Assembly (NCBI GenBank): GCA_904063045.1
Contig: CAJFCJ010000013.1
Location: forward strand, 1,625,159 to 1,689,158
Direction: 5' to 3'
Source: Dimorphilus gyrociliatus
Taxonomy: Eukaryota > Animalia > Annelida
Length of the DNA stretch: 64,000 nucleotides
Every line of letters begins with the position of its first letter. Positions within the stretch are counted from its first letter, which is position 1. The notes beneath the pieces are model-generated. The model was not told the DNA's origin. It did no database searches and saw only the letters and a list, made by a program, of their open reading frames with translations. Both the position numbers and the translations under genes were made by a program. Below, one piece after another: positions 14,777-28,027 of this stretch.

Positions 14777-15949
14777 AATTTAAATTTTTTTTTAATTGCT
14801 GATTTCAATTTTTTTAAAGGACAACTATTCAATAGATAATCTTGATAGATAGGCTGTTATATTTTACCAGTATTGCACAATGTTTTTTACCAGCGTGCAG
14901 ATATTTTTTTTCTCTAAAAAGAACAAAATACACAAAAAACGTATTAGAATTCGTTCTTTTTTTATGTCCAATACAAAAATCAATTAATTAACGTTAAGTA
15001 TAGCTTCGTATAAGACTAAATAAATAAGAAACAACTGTAAAACCTACCTGGATGTAAAAAAATAAGATTGTGATTCTGCTGAACGTATGTGTTTGTTTAC
15101 TTCTCTAACAGACCAGCTGTTCTGGCAAGCGGTTATATTATGTAAATAGTATGCAAATTTATCTATAACCAATCAACGTAAGTTTTACAACTTTGTTTTT
15201 GTAATACAAGATTTACGCTTAATTTTAGATATTGGACTTATTCGTTTTAAGGATCAGTTTCATTCGGACTTTATTGATAATTTTTCTTAAAAAATATTAA
15301 TAATTGTTCTTTTTTCAGCGCTTTTATTATATTATAAAATTAATCAAAACAGATGGCAGCTCTGTACTATAGTGTGAAGACTGATTAGTTTTTGAAGTGA
15401 TGATATATATTGCGACAAAATGTAATATAACGCCTCAACTTTAAAATAGAAACTGTTAAAAGCACTCTAAATTTTGACAAAAACATCAGTCAATTTGTTC
15501 ATTTGGCAAAAAATAGCATTACCCAAACAAAACAATATATCTACCTCGTCTTTCATCTTTTGTATACTTTTTCACGAGTTTAATAACCAATTTATAACAG
15601 ATGGCAGTACTGTCGTAAAAAAGTACCGATAAAAAAAACAACATATAATTTTTTCAACAAAGAAAATATGGTAAAATAAAAGGTTAAAAAGTAAAATAAT
15701 TTGAAAAAATGGATAGATTATTAAATATTTAATCTAAGAAATATATAAAACGTTAATAATTAGTATGATTGTTGGAGTTAAGTTGCTTTGGAGAACAACA
15801 CTACTTCCTCATAGGACTTTTATATAAAAAATTGTAAGGTTAATACGTAAATAATATAAGTGAGGCCTTTATAACAGTGGAATTTGAACTCTGTCTTCGA
15901 CATTCTGTTAAAAAATAGTGTAAATGGTATGGAGTAGCTTACGGAAAAT

Positions 15950-16759
15950 ATGACATCGTTTCTTATTAAGTTACCCCTGCTAATCTTTGGATTAATAAGG
16001 GTCACTATCGAGTATTTGCAACTCGTTATCAATCTATGGAGAATGGATAAGGAGAAAAAGGAGAAAGTTCTCTACGACTTCCATGTAAAATCCAATACTC
16101 ATTTATCTCCTATTAAGTACAATGAAGTTGGTGTTACAATTGGTTCTTGGGAAATGTACAAGTATATTATCCGTAAGCAAATCGATTTAGAATTGTACGG
16201 TAAATATTGTCAAGTAGGTTTACCAGCACCGAATCCTTCTGTTATTGAAGTTCGTGGAAAAATATCGAATTCCATCAAACAAAAGAAGAGTTTACTATCC
16301 TTTGCTAATTCAGCAAGACCCTTAGTTATTAATTTTGGAAGTTGTACCTGACCCCCGTTTATGGCTCAAGTTGAGCATTTTATGAAAGTTGTTCATAATT
16401 ATTCAGATATAGTTGATTTTATTACAATATATATATCGGAGGCTCACGCAACGGACCAATGGCAGTTTGCTACTAATCCATTCAAAGTGAGATCGCATAG
16501 ATCTCTCGATGAGAGGATTACAGCCACATTTTTATTAAGAAAGGAATACGAAAAATACGGCTGGACTGAGTCGATGATGAAAATATCTGCAGATCCAATG
16601 AATAATGAGGCTAGGAAGATGTATACAGCCTTACCAGAAAGATTTGGAGTTATTAGAAATGAAAAAATTGAATTCCTAAGTAAAGTCGGCTCTGAATTTT
16701 ACGTTGTTAGCAAACTAGAAGAATGGTTGCAAGCTTACCGTCTATCGCTAAATCAGTAA
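15950..16759 (+). CDS. DIO: Iodothyronine deiodinase selenoprotein (269 aa, single exon, in-frame TGA = Sec at 16349-16351)
   Basis: The two consecutive same-frame ORFs join across TGA to give RPLVINFGSCT-U-PPFM, followed by IYISEAHATDQW and ERF...KLEEWL. N-terminal hydrophobic anchor; SECIS downstream. Confidence 0.95.
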
Positions 16760-16883
16760 AGAAATATAACAACAATAGAATATCTATGCATATACAGTAT
16801 TACTACGTAACAAAGATATTTTGTAAAAATCTTATCTTTTCTATCATTTGATAAACTGAATGAAGAGAAAATTTTTTAAGATA

Positions 16884-16960
16884 CAACACTTTATGAATGA
16901 CTAATATTATCAAAATCATAAAATATGATGGTAATACTACGATAATAATGTAAAGAGTTG
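16884..16960 (+). promoter_or_regulatory. Eukaryotic SECIS element (type 2) in the deiodinase 3' UTR
   Basis: Helix I: CAACACTTTAT (16884-94) with GTAAAGAGTTG (16950-60), 10/11 pairs. Core: ATGAC (16897-901) with CGAT (16940-43). Helix II: TAATATTATC with GGTAATACTA, 9/10 pairs. Unpaired AAA at 16912-14. Mini-stem ATCATA-aaa-TATGAT. Confidence 0.92.
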
Positions 16961-17128
16961 TTTCCTTATTATATAATTCTCTGTTTTATTAAGAGGCAAG
17001 ATTTTTAATTAATCAGTTCTCCCCTATCTATTAACTATTATATCATGATGATTAATTTAATAAAGAATAAGACGTTCTATATCAGTTCTAATTTGATATT
17101 AATAACTCTGTAACCATAGTCGGTGCCG

Positions 17129-17154
17129 ATTGGATAGTTCCCTGCGTCTATAAA
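17129..17154 (+). promoter_or_regulatory. CCAAT-box (reverse) and TATA box upstream of the small secreted ORF
   Basis: ATTGG at 17129-33 and TATAAA at 17149-54, about 45 nt before the ATG at 17198, in a locally GC-richer patch. Confidence 0.45.
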
Positions 17155-17197
17155 TTTCTAGGCGTGCCGTACCAACGTCACATTTCAGACGTAAAAT

Positions 17198-17318
17198 ATG
17201 AAGAAGTTAGTTGTCCTTTCCTTGGCTATCATTATCGTTTTAGTTCGAACTGCTCCTTTAACGGAATTAGAAAAGAAGATTCTTTCAATTAACGATTTCG
17301 AAGAAAATCCTGAAAATG
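17198..17318 (+). CDS. First exon of a putative small secreted peptide/propeptide; downstream exon(s) uncertain
   Basis: MKKLVVLSLAIIIVLVRTAP reads as a signal peptide, followed by an acidic segment (SINDFEENPEN) and a G|GTAAAT donor at 17319. The rest of the track ORF reads into an AG microsatellite. Confidence 0.55.
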
Positions 17319-19101
17319 GTAAATTATTGTTTAAAATAAATAATCTTTCTCTTTATTATCATCAAAAAGATACTATTTTACTATTAAATAAAAGTCGTTT
17401 TAAAATTGTTCATTTCTCAAAAAGAGATAAATTCAGAGGGAGAGAGAGAGAGAGAAAAGGGGAGGAAGAGATTTAAGACTCGAATTTTCGGGAAAGCACA
17501 TTCTCTTAATCTTCTTTTATAATATTTTTGTTTGTTTTTTGTTTCAAAAACCGAGAATAGGAGAAGGTCTGCTTTTAACTTGACAGGCTTTTATCCCTTG
17601 TCCACATTATTATCTTTGATGAAATAGTCGCCAAAAATAAACATATTTTTATAATATCTGATCAAAATAAAGATATGAAAAATCCTTCTTTAAACTTTTC
17701 TCTCTCTCTCTCTTTCTCTCTACTGGTTATTTATTCTCCATTACTACCTTATTTTTCTTTGTCTTCCAAACAAGTAACTAAGTTCAAAAGTATAAAAAAA
17801 GCAATATCGAAACCCACATACAATAAGCAGTATACCGTATACATATAGATTGTATATATGTAAATATTCTAAATGAAGAGAGCATGTGTGATCATGAAAT
17901 GACCAACCATTTGGGCATTTTCTTTCATATACAAATAATGATATGGAATACTTATCTATTTAAATTAATTCTATTATATATTTAAAAGTGATATAAGTAG
18001 TTTTTCATTTATGATAGATGTTTCTAATCAATTATTAGTTTCTATACAAAGTTGTAAATGTTTTTTTTAAATATGTCAACGTTTCTAAAAATACGGGAAA
18101 GGGGGAGAATCTATTGAATTATGTTTTGTTCCAGTTTTGGGAAGCCTTTAATATTTTATTATCGTTTAACATCATTTTTTTCTAACTTAAGTTTTAGAGA
18201 TGCGTTAGAGGGAAAAGTCATTAAGTTTGGTCTCGGCTTATTATGGGATGCTCATATGTGGGGATCGAACCTGTGGGAGTTGGAGCGGTCAAACTTAATG
18301 TATATGGAAATGTGTGAATGACCTAATAAAATTACTTTACTAGTGACAATTGCCCTAAAAGTATAATAATGTCTATTTAAACTATAAGCTTTTACTGTAA
18401 GTTCAATTTTGGTAACAATCAAATAAAACAGATAGAATGAAAAAGAGTAGGAAGGGGAGAAAGGGAATAAAGTGATAAGTTAAAAAGGAAAAAAAACTAG
18501 ATAGAACGAGATAGAACGTAAAGAATAGAATTAAAGGTAGAAAAATAATTATTTAAGATGAATTTAATATAATTAATAAGATAATCTATTGAACTTTTTA
18601 CAATTGCGTCAAAACTTATAAAGTGTGTTTTTATACTAAAGAAACAAATAGAAGCAAATAGAAAATAAACTACTTTTTTCTACTTAAGGAATTAAATTAA
18701 AATACCCATATTATTTTACACAGAGTTGCACTTTAGTCGGATACGAAAACAGCAAAAGGCACCTGTTCTTTGCGGAGGTGGCGGCGCTGCGAGAAAGAAA
18801 TATGAATGTAATGATGGTTTAATGGGCGTTTGGTTAAGGCTCATTAAAAATAATGATTATTAGTTAAAGTAATAAACACAAAAACTATTGAAAAATATCT
18901 TCGTTGTCTTAAAAATAATTTTAATTCAATTTCATTTTAAAAAAGTTAAATGTTTCCAAATTCAGCATATAACAAACAAAAAAGAGGTGAATACAGAATT
19001 ATTACACGCCTATTTTGCATAGTTTAATCGGTGGGTGTTTTCTGGTTTCGGCGTTAGTTTACAAACTAGTTTGCATTCGATCATTCCGCTTTAATTCGGT
19101 A

Positions 19102-22100
19102 ATGGCGGAAGTTGTTGTTGGTGAAGTGAACGATAACAAAATTGAGAAAAATGAAGAAAAGATTAGCGATGAGGAGCGTGCCGAATGTCAGAAAGTAGTT
19201 AGCGAAGAGTTAGGTAGGGACGACTTTGTTAAACACATCACCTCCGTTGGTGATACGGTTAGAAAGAGTTGGAAAAAACAGGTTGAGAGGACCAACTACG
19301 TTATCTTCCTCATTCTCTTCCTTTTCCTCCTCTTTATCATACTTGCAATAACTTTAGGAATTTTGAACCGGAAGCTACTCGACGCTCAACTACCACCTTC
19401 GAAAATAATCTTAACAAAACGACCCGACCAAAAGTATAGATAAAAAAATAATATAACCCTTCTCAGCGTCTAATAATTAAACAAACTAAACAAACAATAA
19501 CAAAATGGGTTAATAATTTTTTTATCTACGGGTATACTATCGGCTGGAATTCGTCGGAAATTTATAAGACTAATTTGACAACATTCGGAAGAGTAGTAGA
19601 GGGCAGTAGCGGCCGAATTTGTACGTCTACTTCCTGCCTATATGCATCGGCACATATTAAATCATCTCTGGACGAGAATTACACCCCCTGTACGAATTTT
19701 TATAAATGGGCTTGCGGAGGTTGGCTAAATAATAATCGAGCAAGAAGACGGACAGTAACAGTTAGAGATGAATTAGACAACAGGTTTCGAGACTCTTCGT
19801 TTAAGAGCTAAAAATCATACGGCAATTAAAAATATTTTTATAACGATTGTATTCCTAGGCTCCATATTTTTAAAACGAACATTTTAAAAACAAATCTCGT
19901 AAACGTTTTGTCTCGATTAACATCAAAAGATTACAATTCATTTTAAAACAAGCACTCTCCTATCCTCCTTTAAAAATGGACGACACAATTCCGCATTCGG
20001 AGAAGCTTATTAGAAACTTTTTCCAGGCTTGCGTCAGCTATGAAATTAATCCAAACGGTTCAAAAATTTTAATAGATCACGTTCGAAAAGTAATGAGCTC
20101 TACCTATATGTTCGATGACGATTTTGATATATCTAAGTGGGATGTTTCGAAAACAATGGGTAATATGGCTAAGGAATTCTTTTTGGAGGCATTATTCCAT
20201 TTTCACATTGAAAATCATCCAAATAAAACTAAAACTAATATATTTAACCTTCATCCAGTTGGGTTTAGTTGGATTTCTTATTCTACGAACGAAGAGGTAA
20301 ATTAGCAAAGCTAAATTCCGTTTGAAAAACTTAATTAAATATAAATGTTTGCTTCACCTTATCAATTATTCAAACAGTTCAAAAAGGTTTATTGGGATCT
20401 ATTTAATAAATCTTGCGTGTATATGCGACAAGATGAACAGCTGGATAAAGAAAAACCAAATTACGGTAGATGTCAGAAATATGCTGATGATGTTTTGAAA
20501 GTTGAAAGCTCTCTTTATGAAGTTTGTATCCAATCTCTTATCCTTGATGTAATTCTTTTAACATTTAATTTTTTTTCTATCCAGTTTTTTATTAATAAAT
20601 CGGGATCTCCGAATCAGAAGATAATGACTCTCGATCAACTATCGTCAAAATATAGTGAGGTAGAATCAGTCTATTCCTTTACTCTTTAGATGTAATTTAA
20701 ACTGTGATTGCTCTTTATTAATTATTTAGTTCGATTGGAGATATTTGCTGGAGAATGAGTTTGATGGAGCAAAAATAGATGGCAGTACTGAAATTCTAGT
20801 TGCTGACGTTGCCTACTTGGACATGGTGCATAAATATACTAAAGATATGAAAGATGATCAGGATACAAACAGGTTAGCGATAACTGATGAAAAAATCAGG
20901 ATATTTTTCTATCTTATAAACTATCTTTCTTTCCATCTCATTTCAGAATGCTAAATAACTACATTCTCTCATGTGCCACCTATTGGTTAATGTTTCATAC
21001 AAGTCCAAAATATGATCAACTATATTGGGATGTTATTGAAAAAGTATGGGGAGAGCAACCAGAACAAACCCAAACTGAATATTGTATAGATTTAATGAAT
21101 CATTTCTTACCGGAAATGTCCGCCTATTTCCTACAAGGTCTATTATCGTACAAAAGTGAAGATTTAAGACAAGTAGCTAAAACGTTAACACGCTTCCGCG
21201 ATACATTTACAAGTCATATAATGCAGTCCAGTTGGGCGGATGAAAAAACAAAAGATAACATAAAAAAGAGGGTACATACTATATTCTAATTATAAACTCC
21301 CCATAATCTGAAAGCAAAAATAATTCTTTATCCCAAACTGCATAGTTTCATGATATAGAAATTCACGTAGGAGTACCAGAGAAAGTAATCAAGTCAGATG
21401 CAATTAAAAGGGCATACGCTAAAGTAAGTAAACGAGATTTTTTCCTTCTACCCTCTAATAAAATCTATTATCAATTTTCGACGAAACAGTTAGACATTCG
21501 ACAAGATCAAGATCTAATTACAATCTTAATAAGAATATCAGAGTTGACATCATCGTTAAGAGGAGAAATTTATAACTTGGGAATTACGAACTTCAATTCA
21601 AAATTACTATATAAACGTAATATTGTTTTGAAAGGATCCGATCTATATGTACCATTACCCGTTTTACAAGTATATCATTGAATTTACATATATTTAAAGG
21701 AAGTTCTCTTATATCTACCTTCTTAACAGAGGCCTTTTTATGGAAAATCTAGGCCTGGCGTTATTAATATTGGATATTTAAATGCTTTAGTTGGTCAAAA
21801 GTTGGCAAGTTTATTAAGATTCAAAGGTATATTTAAATACTTGACTATTTTATAAATACAGCTAATATTTTAAATAAAATCATACAGATCTCTTTTTCGA
21901 TCGAAGATCTACTCCAAAGAATTTGTTTACAAAACAAAGTATGACAAATTTTAAGAAAAAAGCTAGTTGTATTGGCGAAAGATACATAAACGAAGATTTA
22001 AAATTTCCATTTCATGATGGGCCTAATCTTCAATTGGTAAGTGTAAAAAAAAGATAAAATAAACAAAAGAACTTAACAATTGCCTGCTTTTCATCGAATA

Positions 22101-22625
22101 TACAGTACAACTTTGGAGAATTATCATCAAATTTCCTAAGCAAATTCCTAAATAATGAAATATCTAGAAAAATTCTAACTTCGTTAATGATTTTTGACAG
22201 TTCATTTAAAGTAAATATAGTATAATTTTATGCTAGTTTAATTTTAACTACATAGACTATATCACTATTCCTCTTAAATAGGCTTTTGCCAACTTTCAAA
22301 AGAATAGAGCGAAAGAAGATACATTACCTGGAATTTATTTGAATTTTGATCAACTATTGTATACGTTAAGCGTTCAAAGCAACTGTCGTAAGATAACTTA
22401 CGAAAAGCATTTAAAGTTGTTATTTCGTTGGGGATTGTTATTGCCCGATGAATTATCGTAAGCTGCAATTTAAATTTCTTTTTAAACTATTTGGCTAAAT
22501 TTATGTTACCTTTAAAATATAGAGTTAATATAGCTTTATCAACTAGTCGACACTTTGCTAAAGTTTTCCAGTGCCCAGCAGGAAGTAAAATGAATCCACC
22601 TTGGTACAATCGTTGCGAGTTGTGA
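19102..22625 (+). CDS. Neprilysin/ECE-like peptidase M13 family type II membrane protein, copy 1 (predicted catalytically inactive)
   Basis: TM segment in exon 1; ICTSTSCLYAS...PCTNFYKWACGGWL; YCIDLMNHFLP; C-terminal FQCPAGSKMNPPWYNRCEL*. The first intron is probably 19434-19591. Confidence 0.9.
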
Positions 22626-23294
22626 GAGAGAGATAGAGAGAGAGAAAGAGAGAGATTTCTTCTTACATCGACACATTTTTAAAGAATATCTACACTTTTG
22701 AATTACTATTTATAATCAATAAACAATACAAGAAAAAAAGAAATAAATACAATATATAATACATTTTATAAACATTAGGCTTTCTAATGAAGTATGATTG
22801 AGTAGTAAGAGAATCTTAATATTAAATATGAGTAAAAGATGATAAAAAAGTAAAAGTATTTTGCAAGATAATTTATTAATTTATGCAAATATAACAATAA
22901 TTAATTATAAATGAATGCATCGGTGTAAAATTGTCTGTATGCCAAGTTTTTCATTATTTTAATTAGTCTAACAGGAAAAATATTTGATTAATATTCTACA
23001 TACACAGTATAAGTGAATGGTAAAAGCCTACTTGATATTATTCATCTTTCAAATGTTGTTTATTATTCTTAAAAAGGTAACAATTTGATCATATTCGGTT
23101 TAGATTTCTAATTAAAAACTAAACGTAGTATTTAATTTGAAGGTTAATAAAGAAAAAGTGGGCGTTAATCAATTGGATACCATCTAAAATTTATGTAAAT
23201 TATCTAAATATAAAACGACAAAATAACCATTTAACAGTCCGCCTCCACTGATAAACTACACCTGATTCGGTTAGTTAGGAATAAAAGAGAGAAT

Positions 23295-26200
23295 ATGGAA
23301 GAGACAGATCAAAACTCGGACCAGAATAAGCTTGAACACTTTTCAAAGATGAAAGACGATTTAGAACGCATTTTAGATGATCGTCCCACCTTTACTTTGC
23401 GAAAAGTTCTTTACATAGTTGGAATTGCTGTACTTATCATTATAATCCTTTGTATAGGTTTAGTCGTTGGATTGTCTAAGCATCCAAACTATCATGACCG
23501 TCCAACTGTTGCGGAGGAAGTTGTAAAATCAACAACATTAAAGACAACTAAGAGTTCAACAGCTCAACCAACAACATCGGCAAGTCAGAAAGAGAAATAT
23601 TACATTTGTAAAAGTGCTAGTTGCTATAGAGCGGCTGCTAGGGTTAAATCAATGATGTCTGATGAAGTAACACCATGTTCAAACTTTTATAAATGGGCAT
23701 GTGGAGGATGGTTAAATAGAGTTACTTTAGCCAATAATGAATATAAAAAGCAGAGAGTCGATATATTATATAAGCAACATTTATCCGATCTAGCTAAAAC
23801 TCTAACAAGTCCCGTTCGTGGTAAATATCTATTATAAGCTATTTTCACCCTTATAAATAATAATAATAATAATAATAGATAAGAGTAATTGGTACGAAAA
23901 GCACGTTAAGAACATCTATCAAAGTTGCATGGATATCTATAGCAGAGAAAAGGAAGGAGCAGCTCAGTTAAAGCCCTATATTAAAAAAATACTAAATAGT
24001 ACCTACCTTCTTGACTCGAATTTTAACGATAAAAAAAAGGATATGGACCTTAGTCACGCTATCTATATGGCTCACAAGGAACTTAGTGTTGACGTATTCC
24101 TTAATATCGAGTTAAGTTATGATTATTGGAAAAAAAAGAATGTCGTTAATGTTAGTAAATAGTTATTCAAAACAAAAGAAAAAATAGAAATAAGTATACC
24201 TTAATTAAACGTTCACTTTCATTTATCTTCCCAATAAAGATTCGAAAACCTGAGACACCCGGCTACATGGCGTACTATAATGATAGAGACAAATTGAGAA
24301 AACACATGATGGATATAGCGAAAACTTACCTTGAAGATATTGGTGTTAAAGTAGATAGCGCAATGGATAGTAAAATAAAAACGTTTGCTTACGATGCAAC
24401 CTATATTGAATGGTATATAGAATGGGTTAGTCTTAACATTTGTTTGCCGAGGAAAATAATGCATAAGTTCATTTTTGCAGGAGGGAGATAATTACAACTA
24501 TTATTGGTATGGTTCTCCTTCTATGGAAAAAATCAAGGATAGATCTGATTTAAAGCTTAAAAGCAAGCAGGTAAAATCTTTAAGAACTTCCGAATAAAAC
24601 AAAACATACTAAAAGGCCCCTGAAATGTATGACAATCTTATGAAAACTGGTTAATAATTTCTACTAGAGAGGGAGCCATTGTACAACAAAAATAACAGTA
24701 AACTTGTGTAAGAATAATTAATATATTACAATGAAATACAACCAATTAGTTGAAAAAGAGAGAAAGGTTTTATCATAAAGTATTGTATTATACATATTTC
24801 ATAAAGAAGAAGAAGAACAAGAACAAGAACAATATATATCTAAGGACTTTATATAAATTAATTCTTAAAAAGTCCATTAATAACGTAACAAGAAAATTAT
24901 AGGTACGTGTACTAATACAATATTTGCTGTTTCTTATAATAACAATATAAAAAAATAATGATATTTCTTTATTAGGCAAAAGGAAAAAAATATATGGTTT
25001 ATATATTCAATAAATTCTTATTAATTACGAATATTATTTATAGCTTGACATTATAAGGATATTGAAAGAGTACTATCCAAGAGCCGAACCAATCACCGAT
25101 TACGAAGTGAGGGCAGATATGGTTTATTTAAGAGGTCTTGACGATCAACTTCAGCATTTTGATAGATATATTCATTTTTGGGGAAGGTAATTACAAAATT
25201 CATTTAATAATGATATAAATAAGAATAGTACATTTGATAAACTCAGTCTCACTCTCTTTCTCTCTTTCTCTTTCTCTTCACCTCAAAGAACAATGTTTCT
25301 TTTGTATTCTCTTTCTTAATCATAAATAACACAAAACGTAGGTGTAAAAAAAAAACAAGGAGAGAAAACAGACTTCCTTCACTCATCATTTTCTTCTTTG
25401 TACAATTCTATTAATAACCGATTCTTTTGTCTACAAACAATAAATACAATTAAATAACTAAATGTAACTAATATAAAGATGCCAGAAATAGAGATAAAAA
25501 AAGAAACAGAATGAAAAGGGAGAATTAATTATTCTTTTAAAACTAATTCTTTGTTTGTTCTTTTTCTCTTTTTAGAGATATGAATAATTTCATTTTTTGG
25601 AGAATTCTTTTCAAAATGAGCCCATTTTTGAGTTCCAAATATCAGGTAAAACATTCAGATTATGTCAAGAATTCTTACGATGGAGGCTATTACTACAATC
25701 CTCAAAGTCACACAATGGAGTGTTTAAGCTATTTGAAATTGTTTGTACCGGAGGCTTTAGTCCAATGGGATATTGATGCTGGAGAACACAGTTCGCAGAC
25801 ATTTAGTCAAATTGATAAAATATTACAAAATTCTTTTGATGGTTTAAGAACGTACTTTACTCGATCCAATAGCTATATGGCAGATCAAGTAACAGAGGAT
25901 AATATGAGAGTAAGTGCATGAGAGAGAGAGAGAAAGTATAAATGATTAAGATTTTTAATTATATAATAACATCATTGACAGAAAAAGAAAATTGGTATTA
26001 CTTTAGGAAAGAGTGACGATCTTTGGGAATCATTTAAGATAAAAAGCATGTATCGGCAAAATGTAATTATACATGAAATATAATAATATTAGAACAAGGT
26101 CAATGAGATTAATTATTGTTCCTTTTTTTTTAAAAGCTAAATACCGATCCTAAAAATTTTATTGGAAACATTGTTAATTGCTCAGAATTGAGAGCTCACG

Positions 26201-27255
26201 CCGAGAGTGACGCTTTAAGGAGTGGCAACGACAAACCAGTTTACATGAGACATTTCTTTCACTCTTACGATATACCGTACACTCTAGCTAATCAAATTTT
26301 TATACCGATGAGTTTTTTAAAGGTACCAAGAACGCAATAAAACGTTTCCACTCTAGACAATAATTATATTATGTTTAGCAACCAGATCAATACATTAGAA
26401 ACGGTCCGCCGGCTTTGAATTTGGGTTCATTGGGTTATTTTACTTTGTGGGAGGCCCTGGATATTGCCGGCTTTTTAAATGGTAGATTAATTACTGGCCT
26501 TTAGTGAATAAAAAAATAAAGACTGTAATATTCCATATTTAGATATTAGATATTCGTACAACAATGAACGAAGACTTTTATCATTGGAATCCTTTGATAG
26601 ATTTAAAAACTTAACTAGATGTATAAAGCAAAGAAACCTCGAGGGGAAAATATTCTACACTATAAACGTGGACGGAATAGAGAAAAGAGTAACATAATAT
26701 TACATAAATCTATTTAAATATATCTTATATATATAGTAAAAGATATTCCGTTACAGATAGAATTCGGCTACGGATACAGTAATGATGTTTGGATGCACGA
26801 AGCCGCTGAACCAGTTGCTGAGAATGTAATAGTCTTTAGATCATTAATTAATGGTTTAAGGAGTTATAGAAAGCAAAATAGTCACTCTTTGGACGTGAAA
26901 TTACCTGGTATGAATTTTACTGGCAATCAATTTGTATTTTTATCAAGCGTTCAGGTAATACTTATTAACAAATCTATTAAAAACTAATAAGAGAAACACT
27001 TTTTTAAGTCATTGTGCGAGAAAGTTCATCCGAGAAATATAGACTATCAGATGAAATATTCATTTTTCCTACCAATTGATTCTGAGTATGTATTAAAGTT
27101 ATATTTAAATTATACAAAAACAAAGCATATTCTCCTTTCCTTTTCCTCGTAGGATAAATGTTGCATTACAACAAATTCCAGAATTTGGCGAGGCCTTTCA
27201 ATGTAAAATTGGTGATAAAATGAGACCAAATGCTAATTGCGCTAGTTTGACTTGA
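23295..27255 (+). CDS. Neprilysin/ECE-like peptidase M13 family type II membrane protein, copy 2 (predicted catalytically inactive)
   Basis: TM, then a Thr-rich stalk, then ICKSASCYRAA...PCSNFYKWACGGWL; FTGNQFVFLSSVQ; C-terminal EFGEAFQCKIGDKMRPNANC. Confidence 0.9.
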
Positions 27256-27707
27256 ATAATTTAATTTTAATTAAATCTTTCATCTTTACAAGCAACAAGC
27301 CAAATATAAAAAAATCTACAATAAAAAGGAATAATCTAATCAATCTTTCTTTATATGATTTGTTTTTTTTTTTATTTATTTTAATTATGTCAGTCTTTTA
27401 TTTATTTTTATTTTTTTTTTGTTTTAAAAATCTCACTTAGTTAATCTAATTAATTTATTTTATTCATATGAATACAATTTACATAGTTGAATAAAAATTA
27501 ATAGTAAATTATTTATAAATTGCTATAAATACAATTATCAATAACTACTTGTTAATGATAATGGTACACTAAATATAACCTAAACATTATACTGATAAAT
27601 ATTTGGTTAGTAATTTAACTGACATGTGATATGAGTACAGACAGAGTCGAGCAAATAAATGAATATTAAAGAAAATTAAACATTATTAAAGACGATATCA
27701 AAGATAA

Positions 27708-27742
<35 letters not shown>

Positions 27743-28027
27743 GTGCCATATATTTCATATCTGTGAATAAAGTTTAAAGGTAGTATTTTTATAAATGGTG
27801 ATAAAAAAACTATAAATATCAATATAACGACAACATTCCTTCCAAACGGGAAATTAGCCAACGAAGACGACCTTATAAGTAGTTAATACTAGACTATAAA
27901 GTTATCAAACTATTACACATATAGAGGACGCTGTTGTAATACAGCTTGCACCAATTTTTTTCACTCAACTGCAATATGTGATAGAATGCCGTGGATATAT
28001 TTTTTCCTCTGACATGATAATTTTAAC

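Noticed and set aside
18763-18786. Minus-strand 24-nt segment with splice-like flanks (PPPPQRT)
   Set aside because: No host gene with compatible flanking exons was found; it is more likely a GC-rich promoter patch upstream of neprilysin copy 1.
19434-19591. Apparent frameshift or premature stop between the TM exon and the catalytic region of neprilysin copy 1
   Set aside because: A GT-AG intron 19434-19591, with a CTAAT branch-like site about 20 nt before the AG, restores the frame. No pseudogene call is needed.
27676-27861. Minus-strand ORF with a hydrophobic, signal-like N-terminus
   Set aside because: TTG start, ends in a CT microsatellite; hydrophobicity is explained by AT richness.
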